A stretch of 63,974 bases of DNA, counting the filler, from Octopus bimaculoides (Eukaryota), in NCBI RefSeq assembly GCF_001194135.2. It is 7 parts of 6 records of this genome, joined end to end, with 100 filler letters (N's around TTAATTAATTAA, not from the genome) between each part and the next. Parts side by side here need not be neighbours in the genome. Positions count along the whole stretch, not along the records: positions 1 to 5,295 come from NC_068984.1; positions 5,396 to 36,216 come from NC_068981.1; 5 more parts are not named here. The stretch is one strand, 5' to 3'. The position numbers and the translations under genes were made by a program. Below, one piece after another: positions 1 through 13,429 of this stretch (its first letter is position 1; the number at the start of each line of letters is the position of its first letter). The notes beneath the pieces were generated by a model. It was not told where the DNA came from, ran no database searches, and was given only the letters and a program-made list of their open reading frames with translations.

Positions 1-31
<31 letters not shown>

Positions 32-704
32 CATATATATATATGTATGTATGTATGTATATGTATGTATGTATATGTATGTACGCCATATATATGTTTA
101 TTTCTATATCTGTGTAATAAATATGCGTGTGTTGTGAATACAAACATATATATGTATACATATGTGCACATGTGATGTATGTATGTACGTATGTATGTAT
201 GCATGTATGTATGACTCTGCGCGTGTGTATATGCGTGTGTGATATGTACATCAGCCAAAATATCTTTCAAATACCTCTATTAAAATGTTTAAAAAATTTT
301 TTGTCAACAGCGTATAAAACTCAAATAAAATACAACGATGTATATGATAAAGTTTTCAAACTTTACTTGAAATATCCTCAAAGCGTCACATAAATGGTTT
401 TGTGTCGATGAATAAAAGTCGTTTCTATGAAAATTAATAACCAGAAATTGCTTCGTTATATAAACGTTATCATTTGTTATTATTGAAAAGGGAAAAAAAA
501 TTATCGTGGCCGCGCACATATTCTAGTTTGTTCCCTTCGCTTTAATCACATATTGATGCTCATACACAAATAAAGATACTCACAGGTACATACACGCACA
601 CACACGAAGAAATAGGAGGACGCAGGCACAGGCAAGCACGGAAGCACGCAAGCAAATACGCGAATACAAGATCGTGCGAGACTGGCAGATGAAAAACTAA
701 ATGC

Positions 705-762
705 ACAGGTTGATAGAGAGAGTGAAACAGAGAGTGAGAGAGAGAGAGAGAGNNNNNNNNNN

Positions 763-817
<55 letters not shown>

Positions 818-829
818 GGCAGGATAGGG

Positions 830-860
<31 letters not shown>
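705..860. repeat. (GA)n microsatellite
   Basis: Direct reading. Confidence 0.95.
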
Positions 861-1451
861 ATACACAGACACATGAAGACAACTAAACAGATAATTTGGC
901 AATAGGTAGGTAAATGTGTTAATACAGGTAGATAAATACATGTAAGCATGAGTGCATACATACATAGATATCCATAAACACACACAAGCATATACACGCA
1001 CACACGTAATGACAAATCGATACATCTAAAGATACTAGTTATAAATACATACATATATGTGTCTGCATATATATATANNNNNNNNNNNNNNNNNNNNNNN
1101 NNNNNNNNNNNNNNNNNNNNNNNNNNNNNNNNNNNNNNNNNNNNNNNNNNNNNNNNNNNNNNNNNNNNNNNNNNNNNNNNNNNNNNNNNNNNNNNNNNNN
1201 NNNNNNNNNNNNNNNNNNNNNNNNNNNNNNNNNNNNNNNNNNNNNNNNNNNNNNNNNNNNNNNNNNNNNNNNNNNNNNNNNNNNNNNNNNNNNNNNNNNN
1301 NNNNNNNNNNNNNNNNNNNNNNNNNNNNNNNNNNNNNNNNNNNNNNNNNNNNNNNTATAAATTTTCATATTCCTTAAGGAATCTAGTTAATGATCTCCTA
1401 AGGTAAGTTCTTATGCTATATTGGTAACGGTTGCTACATCCTCTGGAAAAA

Positions 1452-1483
<32 letters not shown>

Positions 1484-3446
1484 GATAGATAGATAGATAT
1501 ACATTCATACATACATACATACATACATGCATATACGTAATCATGTATATGCATGTGTATATTTATATATATGTATATATAAATGTATGTATGTATAGTC
1601 ACATACACACACACATACACACACACACACACACACGCGCGCGCAAATAAGAAAATTAGCGCGGTCGGAAAAAACAAAAAAGTAAGTCCATTAATAAAAT
1701 TATTTCTATTTACATTGTTTCAGTATTTTTCGGCTTTCATGATGTTTATGTTTTTTCTCTATCTCGAAACAATATCAAAACAAATTGTCAAACAGAAATT
1801 TCTCAGACTTACCTCAGATATTTGTTTCGAAGCAGTCAGTATTTGAAGAAATGCTACTATCAGGCGTTTAAATCAAATATATATATGTATGTATGTATAT
1901 CTTTTTTTTTTTTGCGTTTCTGTTTGCGAGTTTCTTCACTAATCAAAAAGTCTCGGAAGATTTTCTGCAATAAATAGTGCTAACTGCTGCCCACACGTTA
2001 GATTAACCAGCCCAGAACCTGTTGCATTTCTTGTAGTTCTCTGTCAATCTATAAACGAAGAGCAATATTCCGTTCATTTTGTCACAAGCATTATTTATAT
2101 TAAGAACTGTGTGAGGGCTGCAAGGGGCGGGGCTTGTCACTACCGCCTATCAATCAGATGCGCTTACGCACAAGGTTTATTTTTATCATAAGAAATTAAG
2201 GGCTGAATATGATTGTACATTGACGAAGGGGTTAGTTGTCGATATACACATATTTTTTGCATTATATTTATATATTTTTGTTTTCTTTCTTTCATATTTT
2301 TTTTAATATTTTCATTTATTTTAACATGATCCTACGTACTCTCCTAAGTTGATTGGAAATAATAGTAAAGTTATCACATCATTAGAAAAAAAGTGAAGAA
2401 CTCATTCCGTGGTAATTCTTCATACACCTACACTAACAGGCACACAGCATAAGAACTTACGTAGTATTTCGTTTATACATACATACATTTTATGTATTAT
2501 GTGAATAGGTATATATATGAATATATATCTCTCTATATATGCGTATCTCTCTCCCACTCCCACTCTCTTTCTCTCTATATAGTAATATAAAATGTAAATA
2601 TATATATGTATATATACATATACATATACCTGTATATATACATACGTACATACACAGACACATATATATAATATATNNNNNNNNNNNNNNNNNNNNNNNN
2701 NNNNNNNNNNNNNNNNNNNNNNNNNNNNNNNNNNNNNNNNNNNNNNNNNNNNNNNNNNNNNNNNNNNNNNNNNNNNNNNNNNNNNNNNNNNNNNNNNNNN
2801 NNNNNNNNNNNNNNNNNNNNNNNNNNNNNNNNNNNNNNNNNNNNNNNNNNNNNNNNNNNNNNNNNNNNNNNNNNNNNNNNNNNNNNNNNNNNNNNNNNNN
2901 NNNNNNNNNNNNNNNNNNNNNNNNNNNNNNNNNNNNNNNNNNNNNNNNNNNNNNNNNNNNNNNNNNNNNNNNNNNNNNNNNNNNNNNNNNNNNNNNNNNN
3001 NNNNNNNNNNNNNNNNNNNNNNNNNNNNNNNNNNNNNNNNNNNNNNNNNNNNNNNNNNNNNNNNNNNNNNNNNNNNNNNNNNNNNNNNNNNNNNNNNNNN
3101 NNNNNNNNNNNNNNNNNNNNNNNNNNNNNNNNNNNNNNNNNNNNNNNNNNNNNNNNNNNNNNNNNNNNNNNNNNNNNNNNNNNNNNNNNNNNNNNNNNNN
3201 NNNNNNNNNNNNNNNNNNNNNNNNNNNNNNNNNNNNNNNNNNNNNNNNNNNNNNNNNNNNNNNNNNNNNNNNNNNNNNNNNNNNNNNNNNNNNNNNNNNN
3301 NNNNNNNNNNNNNNNNNNNNNNNNNNNNNNNNNNNNNNNNNNNNNNNNNNNNNNNNNNNNNNNNNNNNNNNNNNNNNNNNNNNNNNNNNNNNNNNNNNNN
3401 NNNNNNNNTATATATATATATATATACAGAGGAGAGAAAGAGAGAA

Positions 3447-3481
<35 letters not shown>

Positions 3482-4218
3482 GAGAGAGAGAGATCGGAAC
3501 GGAAAATAATGGGAAAATATATATTATAAAGAACTGAGGATGTTAGAAAAATTTTACATTTTACTTTGTATTAAGTATTTAGCTTTATTGAAACTTATGA
3601 TACTTAATGCATATATGAATGAATGAATAACTGAATGAGTGTATGTATGTATGTATTTATGTATGTATGTATATGCATATATATATACATATACACATAT
3701 ATATATGTATGTGTATATATATATATGTATATAATGTATATATATGTATATAAATGTATATATATATGTATATAAATGTACATGTATACATGCGTATTAC
3801 ATTATGTATAAGTATACATATATGTTTGTGGGTGTATGTGTTTGCATATACATTTATATATACATAATGTGTCTTTGTGCGCGTTTATGTATATGTATAC
3901 ACACGCATTTGTATATACTTTAAATAGATTAAAGAATAAAATGATAAATATACGTAAGAATTCTAGAATGCCTTATTACACACATGGATATGCAGAGTCA
4001 AGAATTTTAACATACAAGTATTCACACATTTATATAATCACATGGGATATCGGTGATGAATACCACACAATATTGAATATAGGAAAGAAACAAAAAACTT
4101 TGCGATTACACCCACACATAGACATTACCTGTACATATGCTGCCAACCAAAATACAAGTACACCGCACGTACACACACACACACACACCCCGCAAATACG
4201 CACATACACACCTCATGT

Positions 4219-4250
<32 letters not shown>

Positions 4251-4270
4251 ACACACACACNNNNNNNNNN

Positions 4271-4334
<64 letters not shown>

Positions 4335-4900
4335 ACACACACACACACACACACACTGAAATAGAAATGTTTAATTCCTAGCTTCACATTTGGCTGATCT
4401 GTTTCTCTGTATCTCTCTCTCCACCTCTCTCTCTCTCTGTAAATACAATGTCTCTTTCTCTTTCTATATATATATATATACACACACACACACATATATC
4501 AGATTTGGGGAATATACGCGCGCTTTACCTCTATCCCCACGTAAATAAATATACTTAAACCGAAACTATACATATTCATATACATAATATACATAGATCT
4601 CGGCAAATTATCTAAACACATAGTAAGTGGGCGGTCGATATAAAGATTGGTTTGGGAACTTCAGGAAAATACCTGTACACGTGCGTATGGATATTCTCCG
4701 AAACACACGTATTCATAGAAAAGTACACTAGAAACAAAGACAGCCCACACAAATATTGGTCAATGTTCGTGATTTGAAAGCATTGGATTGCTATCCGTGC
4801 GTCTGCGTGTGTGTATGTATAGATGAATGTATGAATGCATGTATGTATGGATATATGTACGCATATAAAAAGTTTCGTATATTCGATTCCATGTAGGAAC

Positions 4901-4901
4901 G

Positions 4902-4980
<79 letters not shown>
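4901..4980. repeat. (ATCT)n microsatellite
   Basis: Direct reading. Confidence 0.95.
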
Positions 4981-4982
<2 letters not shown>

Positions 4983-5020
4983 ATCTTACTTGTTACAGTT
5001 ATATATATATATATCCTATA

Positions 5021-5231
5021 TTCTTTTATTCTTTTATTTGTTTCAGTCATTTTGACTGTGGCCATGCTGAAGCACCGCCTTTAGTCGAATGAATCGACCC
5101 TAGGCCTTATTCTTTATAAGCCTAGTACTTATTCTATCGGTGTTTTGTTGCCGAACCTCTAGATTACGGGGACGTAAACACACCAACATCGGTTGTCGAG
5201 TGATGGTGGGTGGAACAAACACAGTCACACC

Positions 5232-5235
<4 letters not shown>
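5021..5235 (-). mobile_element. SINE family A, 3' half
   Basis: Reverse complement of the tail and body of 49846-50194; runs into (CA)n and then a gap. Confidence 0.9.
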
Positions 5236-5295
<60 letters not shown>

Positions 5296-5395
5296 NNNNN
5301 NNNNNNNNNNNNNNNNNNNNNNNNNNNNNNNNNNNNNNNTTAATTAATTAANNNNNNNNNNNNNNNNNNNNNNNNNNNNNNNNNNNNNNNNNNNN
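5296..5395. other. Artificial 100-bp gap spacer N44-TTAATTAATTAA-N44 (also centred at 36261, 46063, 50311, 52697, 61185)
   Basis: The same self-complementary 12-mer, with TAA stops in all six frames, sits in the middle of six 100-bp N blocks. Confidence 0.95.
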
Positions 5396-5434
<39 letters not shown>

Positions 5435-5459
5435 CATACATACATACATACATACGTGT

Positions 5460-5840
5460 ATCTAAATAGGAATGTGTATATAAAGATTTAATTTTCGTAA
5501 GGAGATAAGGAAACAACGCTGTGTAGATTTTAGAACATCTATAAATAGAAGGTCTTACAGTTGTTTCCAGGATATCTATTATATCCCTTCATCTTAGGCG
5601 TTATGGGAAGATGGTTAAGCAACAGTTAATTTAAATAAGATACGAAATAGAGTGTGAATTAGTGGAACGAAAATAGATGTGAGATATGCAGGGGTATTGT
5701 ATTTGTAAATCTATTATTTAGGCAGAATGGTATACATATAAGATTCCAATACCTTATGAGTAAAATCCAATAGTCTTTAAAATTGGTCATTCCGAGTTTA
5801 GAATTTGTACACAGGGTTATTGAATCAAGAGTTTTATTTA
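5460..5840 (-). mobile_element. Probable PLE terminal segment containing a decayed type I hammerhead
   Basis: Contains the HHR-like motif at 5551-5600, with the strand-asymmetric purine/pyrimidine composition often seen around PLE ends. Boundaries approximate. Confidence 0.5.
5551..5600 (-). ncRNA. Decayed minimal type I hammerhead ribozyme
   Basis: Minus: aAGAUGA-AG-GGAUAU-aauag-AUAUCC-UG-GAAAC-AACU-GUA-AGACC. Stem II is a perfect 6 bp, but the core CU is mutated to AA and the stem I 5' strand is lost. Confidence 0.55.
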
Positions 5841-8615
5841 AAGTGACCTAAAAGTAGCGCATGTACTACTAAGGTCAAATCGAAAACAGGAAGAGAGGAA
5901 TAAAGAATGAGAGAAAGAAAAGAAAAAGGGGAAGAGAAATACAAGAAAACGGAAGAAGAAGAATAATAAGAGGAAGGAAGAAAAGAAAGCAAAAGGAATA
6001 CAAAGATAGAGATAAATGAAAGTGTACCAGATAGTGGTCAGTCGATATAGTTTGAAAGTAGAAATGGGGAGATAAGGGTGATAGGGAGAGAAAGGTATTA
6101 GAGGGTATAGAGCTAGAAGGAATGGGAGTAATGGAGAGATAGGTGTAAAACGTAAAGGAGCGTCAAATGTGTGGCGATGGAGTCTAAGTGATGCTGCAGA
6201 GAAATGGGTTGTAGTATGGAATGAAGAATTTTGGAATTTAGATGGTTGGACAGGTAGTGATAGTAGTAGAACAAAATATATGTGAAGATGTATACACATG
6301 TATATATTAGACATGTATATATGTATTTATTTATACATGTATTTATACATATCAACATCAACATATACAACTCGTACTCATTTGTATATGCACAAATGCA
6401 CACTCACATATATGTGTATCTGTATGTATTATCGCCCCTGTATAGGTAGGTATATATACCTTGCATACATGCATTCACACATACACACGGACATACATAC
6501 AGGCATACACACACATACATATACACGCACATATGCCTAGATGAACACACACACGAATATACTTACATGGTTGTGAAATTCGAGCATGAGTGAGGGATTA
6601 GATAGGGATTAAAAGTTAAAATGTAGATTTATAATGTTATTGGGATTACCTAAGGGGTATTGTGGAAACGTACTGTTTGGTCGTTTAGGAATTTCAATTT
6701 TTGGTAGAATTTGAACGTGTGAAAAAATCGGTGGTTGCATGTGCTTAGTGCCTCATTATGTTTATTTAGCAGTGCTGGAGAGTTGTGTTTTCATATGTGT
6801 AGTGTATAAATATATTTGTGTATATATATATATATATATATACATACATACATACATACACACATACAAATATTGTTTACGTGTCAGTGTCAATTTAATT
6901 CTTCTGTAGCATGCATGATAATCATGATGTTATGTGTATTAAAGCAAATTAAATGGTTAACCATATTTAAGCTTTGTTTGGAAATGCTAACATATATCCA
7001 TTAAGGAAGTAAAAAAATCTACACTGAGTAGGTGATTATACTATATCAAAATTTTCCAACGAAATCGCTGTAGCTCTGGATTATTGAGGAGGATGGAAAT
7101 TATCATTAAAGCCACCCTTCTCTAGTGCATCTTTTGAATAAAGTTTTCTCTCATTACACACCAGTGATCTATTATTACTCATAGATCGGTTATTGCCGCG
7201 CTTATATCAGTGACTATGTTTCAAAATTCAGCTGTAAGAGTCAGTATCGATATAATTACATTCTACATTGTTCTTTTCTGTAGCACGTGCTTGTCACGAA
7301 GTCTAGTTGTAATTGCAGACATTCAAACAATGTTAATATGGTAGTAATATTCACAGCGAAGCTGAATTCATAATTCAACATGACAAGTTGATGAAAACAG
7401 TATCAGACTATAAAGAAAGAGAAAATCTCTAATAAAGATCAAAGGGAACAGAACCAAAGATATTTACGAACTAAAATATTAGCCATATCTTCATGCTGTC
7501 CGCAGCAATGACAGAGTTAAATACCAAAAGAAAACGTATGATTTCCAGACCAGCGTGTGTCCTATTATTACTACTATTAATAATGGAGTGCCGAGGATAA
7601 CAGAGACAATTAAGAACCCAAAGAATCATGTTCCTTTGCGAAAGTTTCTGAGCCGCTGCATTATCCAACTCCATAATAATTTGTGCAAATGCCATTCTTC
7701 AGAATGTTGCCAATGAAATTTTGAAGTTTCTACAGCTGCAATAACTGTGTGGTTGACTGTATGCATGAAGTAAATGCTCAATATGTATTCCATGAATTAC
7801 GTTTCCGCACCCGGACATCATATCGATAATGAATTATACCGAAGAAAATTTAAATGCATGTTCTGGTAGTTTACTTGCTAATTACCGAAATATTTGTTGA
7901 CTTCAACTTGCTCTTCTTTCAGATGATCTTTCCAAGATATCATATCATCGGACACTAGTTATATATTTGTAGATTTTCACTACCTGGCTGTCATTTTAGA
8001 TTTCTAGTCGAAAATAATTTATTTGCAGTCACTTACAGGTTCATCTCAAAAGCTTCTTATATGAATATATTAGTATATTAAGCTAAAATAGATTATAACC
8101 TATATGTTGCATATATATTAAAACACGTTTGGTATTTCGAAATGCATATTGATGGAAAATAAATTAATATCTCCAAACAAATTTAGTTTGGCTGGGGATA
8201 TTATTTGCGTTCACAAAATAGTATCATGGGATCAGAGATTGGGAGAGTATTTCAATTGCAAATGTCTGACAACTTAAAATTTCTAGTCATTAGTTTTCTC
8301 TAAGGAAAATACAATAACAGATGAACTCCGTCTGAGATATTGGCAACGGTAATCTAAGTTTATTACGTTAACACGTCCTTTTTCAGGAGATATTTGGTGT
8401 TACAAGTAAGAGCTTTTGGCTCAAAACTCATTACCATGGAAAAAAAGTAATTATTTTCGACAGCTTTGTACGCTAATTATTTTAACCAATCAGCAAAACT
8501 GTAAAGTTTATTATACTTATATTTGCCTTAGAGAGATACAGAGAGAGATAGAGTGAGAGAGTAAATAAATTGAAATAGGAATTCGCTTTCGGAATCTCTC
8601 TATCTCACACACACA

Positions 8616-8656
<41 letters not shown>

Positions 8657-9708
8657 ACACATATGCATAGAGAGAGACAGTGACCATGAGAGAGACAGTC
8701 AGACATGCATACACATGTGTGTATGAGTGTGTGTGTGAGTGTGTGTGTGTGTGTGTATGTGTGTGTGTTTGTATGTGTCTTTATATATGCATATCATGCA
8801 CCACGACTAAATATAATATGTACGATGGCCACAATCGAAAATAAGTTAGAAGAATATATTAAAATGAATGTATTTAAAAAGAAGCTCATGCTGTGCTGTA
8901 CACACGTGTATATATATATATATATATATATAGAAATATATATATATATATATATATATGGTTTGCATGCTCAATTATATATATATGCAGTTGAAGTTGC
9001 GGTCTTGAACTTTCCCATATAACGTTGCTGCCTTAACTACAGCAGTTACAATATGTTTCTATTATAGATAAAAAAATTTTAAAATTACAAATCCAAAACA
9101 TCTGCTTTTGGTACAGCGCCATTAGGCGTTGCCTTAAACGACTTATATGTTTATTGTATGCAATCTATGACACTTCTTCTTTACTATCACTGTTCTGTTT
9201 GAATTTTAATTTCTACCCAACACAACATATGCATATTATCCCTCATATTTCGGAGAATCCATCCTGAAATACTTATTTTGCAGAAAGAATATCAAAATAT
9301 ATATTTAACAATAAACATACATAAAATCTGGACACCTTGAAACAACTGAAAAAAGAAAAGCCAAATATAAAGAAAAAGAGGAATACAGAAAGTGTTTAAT
9401 GTTTATGTTTTAAAAATAAGCGACAATAGTCACATCAGACGAAATATACGGCTTCCGCTATAATGATAATGGAGGCTTCCTAATGGTTAGAATTCAAATG
9501 TACAGTTGTTTGTTACTTTATTATTGCTAATTACTGAGAAGCTAAATGTGATTTTCTTCGTTAGCAGGCAAAATTACATCACTTTAGAAAATTTGAAGAA
9601 CATCTATGGTGTGAAAGAAGCTATTAAGATCCCATTTGTGTTATATATTTAGTATTCTCACTGATGTATAATGAGAATGATATTTGCATATGTAAAAACA
9701 TACACAAG

Positions 9709-9796
<88 letters not shown>

Positions 9797-10504
9797 TGTG
9801 TGTGTACGTGTCTGTGTTTGCATATATATGTGTGTGTGTGTGTTTCCCAATATACAATTCAAAATTATTCCTATAGGCAGTACAAGTTAGGTAGAGTTAT
9901 GAGATTGTTACATCGGTTCCACCCTCAACACCCCTCTCCCAGCCTCGTGGATAGAGAATCCTCATAATTCCAGATACGTTTGTCGGGGTCTGCCCGATCT
10001 TTATAGAAGAGAAAAACAGAGGGCGAAATCGGTATTATTATTTTATACACATTTCACGTGTTTCAAAAGATTGGCAAACATCAATTACAGGAGAATTATA
10101 CTCAGTGAGGTGACGCACGCCTCCGGTTCCAGTCAGAAGAATAAAGCAGCAAACATAGACCAGAAATAAATACGGATGACTTTATGTCGACATTTATATA
10201 AATAGGTGTAGTTAAAGTATCATAAGATAATAGAAATAAGAGCAGAGTACGAGAGGTTAAGAGAGACTGAAAGAAGAATGTGGTGGAATTTGAAAAATAA
10301 GATCTCCAGGCCACGCTGGAGGTATAATGGAAGAACTTTCCAAGGAACCAGACAATGAGTCTGATCCCACAAATATATGGTTGGGAAGCAATTTCGTACC
10401 ACACATCCACGCTAATGCCTATATTGTTATGGGTATATTGAGCTGCTTATATTTGCACCAGTGTCACTTCCAATGGATGTATTGCTCTCTCACGCAATCA
10501 CAAA

Positions 10505-10506
<2 letters not shown>

Positions 10507-10555
<49 letters not shown>

Positions 10556-10586
10556 GATGCTACTACTACTACTACTACTACTACTG

Positions 10587-10632
<46 letters not shown>

Positions 10633-10730
10633 AATAATAATAATCATATGAAATATTAACATTGAAAAATAGTTAAAAAATCAAAATAATAATATCCGTG
10701 ATGATGATGATGATAATAATGATGATAATG

Positions 10731-10779
<49 letters not shown>

Positions 10780-10790
10780 TAATAATACTT
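10507..10790. repeat. Compound (ACT)n then (AAT/GAT)n microsatellite
   Basis: Direct reading. Confidence 0.95.
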
Positions 10791-11591
10791 CTCGTAAATA
10801 TTAAGAAAAAGAAAAAAAACAGCATTAACAACAATTTTTTACTTTAAGGATAATAAGAATCTGTTTATTTAGCCTCCCGTTACATTGTGTAGTTAAGTTA
10901 CGGGCCTAAGTGTAAAATATGGATAGTTGCCTACACAATGAGCAATGATTTCTGTGCAAACAATAAATATACATTTCGCCATATTGCAATTGTAATTATT
11001 CGACATTAAATACCGATTTCATTTAGTATTGAAGATTTGCACATCTTAACCAAATGCATCGGGATTTAATTGAATAAGTATATACTTGTTACATATCGAA
11101 TAATGTGTTCAAGCATTTAAATATATTTAGTAAAATGTACACGCCAAGTAGAGCGTGATTGTATAATATTTTGTGGCGCACAATATTATAACATATGCAA
11201 ACTCAAAATAAGGAAATATAGTTTATCTTTTATATGTCTCTGAATGACAACGGAAATAGTTATAATTTATCTAACAACTGAATCGTAAACTTATTTCCTA
11301 GCAGATTACCAACTGCTCTTCAGAGATCATCATCGAGTTTACATATGGATTTATTGATTACTATATTGACTTGAGGTGATAAATGTTCAGTAGTAAATAT
11401 TCGACTAAATCGATTTCATTACTGTTTTACGTATTACCAGATTCAATTACTACACTGATATACTGCGATATAACCTGCAGTGAGGAAATCGAGTTCTAAT
11501 TCAACAGAATTTTAAGTGAAGATTCATAAGGATAGACTTATACAGGAAAATATTTTTTTATTCTACTTGCATATTAATTCTGTTATTCAGC

Positions 11592-11592
<1 letters not shown>

Positions 11593-11665
<73 letters not shown>
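11593..11665. repeat. (AGT)n microsatellite (tail of the 11666-11895 repeat)
   Basis: Direct reading. Confidence 0.95.
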
Positions 11666-11895
11666 TTGTTTGCATGCAGTGTTACACTGCGTCCTGCATC
11701 CACTGTTAGTGTATCCCTTAATCCTGATGGATGACACTTTTGTTCTACTTAGGCGACAACCCTTCATCCTATGGGTTTGTTTGAGTAGTATTTCTTGAGG
11801 GTTTTACGTGTTTGAGGTGCAGATCCTTTATCAAACTCTTTTATTCGCTTCTTAAGACACGCACCGGAAATATTGGGTCTGTTCATTGATACACC
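11666..11895 (-). mobile_element. Unclassified (ACT)n-tailed repeat, copy 2
   Basis: Shares ctgcatccac, ggatgacac.tttg, gcgacaac, atggg.ttgttt, gaggg..ttacg and ggaaat.ttgggt with the reverse complement of 38740-38983. Interrupted at about 11895 by a SINE. Confidence 0.75.
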
Positions 11896-12012
11896 ACTAG
11901 ATCAAATGTAATGAAGTGGTTTGCTGAAGGACACAAGGCAACCAGTCCGGAAATCAAAACACGATATGTGGATCATGAGCACAACGTCCAGTCCACTAGC
12001 CCACAGGCCTTC
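11895..12012 (-). mobile_element. SINE family C head, decayed
   Basis: Minus: gaaggcctgtgggctagtgg..gttttgatttccggactgg..ttgtgtccttcagcaaaccacttcatt. Confidence 0.65.
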
Positions 12013-13429
12013 TGGTACAGTTCAGCAAATATTGTTTGGACATATGAACATTCTGTTTTATTATCCTATATATCAGAAAGTGGCATTGTTCGGTATTGAG
12101 AGGGTGCTGAAAATCAAAGATACTCAAACCAAACATTTTCTTTGGTGCTATTTGTATTTAACTGCAACACCATCAAACACGAATCCAGCGATTAAACAAT
12201 CCAGCTGTAAAATTTGCTTCTTTACTTCTTTACCATTATATTTCTATGTATATACTATTCAATGATATATATGGTGAATTTTTGATGAAATGTGGCTACC
12301 ATATCTTGCAAATAATATGTTGTCTACGCTCTGTATTCACGCAAAAAGATGTTCATCTCGATAGTTGATCTCTCGTTGTCTCCTCTTACTTGTAATGGTA
12401 TGAATGCAGACGCACAACTCATTTTCCTCACCTCACCGTAAATTTTGCAGTAACTACTTGAGCCAATATAAATCATATTTGGTTATAATGTTTACGCAAT
12501 AACATAAGCAAGTCTTTTGTTGGATAGCACAGCTGAGTTCAATACTATCTGTTGTAGCATCACTTATGATAATAATGTCTTCCTATTCATCTTTTAAAGT
12601 TGTGAACATCAATATGGACTAGATGTCCTCTTCAAACCTTTCGTGAATATCCGATCATATGGGATTGGTGTACCATTGTTACTATTATTCCCACAAAATT
12701 TCCCCTTTTTAAGCTTCTCACAATATAGACAGATACAGGTCAGTGAACAAATAGATGTGCTAGGAACTTTAAGCCGAACTTCCTAATTTTCCCTTTATAT
12801 GAATGTTCCCAGAACACCTTAGTGCAGCGAAGGTTAAATAGAGAGGCGACATTCATTAATAAATATCAACCACAACATAACATGAACACCACACTTAATA
12901 CAGGGCACTACTACCTTTAACAATACCAATTATCCCCCTAACACTCACACATCCCATAAACCATTCATACTGTATTAATCAAATTACACTAATTACATCA
13001 CTACTTATCTCCCTTGCACGTAATCTTTTTCCTCAAGTGCTATTAGACTGTTTAGAAATCGGTGTTGAGTCAAAGTCACTGAACAGCCATGACTAGACCG
13101 GTACGACTTGCTATATTGACTCATAATAATGAGTTCTATACATCTTAATTCTGCCTCAAATCATTTATTTGTATGTATAGATCTGCTTTTATTTAAAAAA
13201 AGCCACTACTTTGATACTTTATTTGTTTCTTTTCAGTTTGCCCCATTTATACCGCGTGTAGCTTTTTTTCTCTGAAACCTGTTTCTATTATATGTGTGTA
13301 TATATATATATATGTACATACCTACATATATATGTATATATAATACATATATGGGTACAGGACATCAAAAAAAGAAAAAACATGGACAGAATAAGAAACG
13401 AGAGCATAAAAAACAAAAACAAACGAACT

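Noticed and set aside
5340-5351. Recurrent TTAATTAATTAA islands between N runs (six sites)
   Set aside because: Always centred in a 100-bp N block and carrying stops in all six frames: an assembler spacer, not biology.
7900-8045. Strong acceptor-like sites, and other isolated GT/AG micro-exon candidates (e.g. 1380-1403, 18601-18660, 25071-25080)
   Set aside because: No recognisable protein or consistent exon chain; such signals are common by chance in AT-rich DNA.
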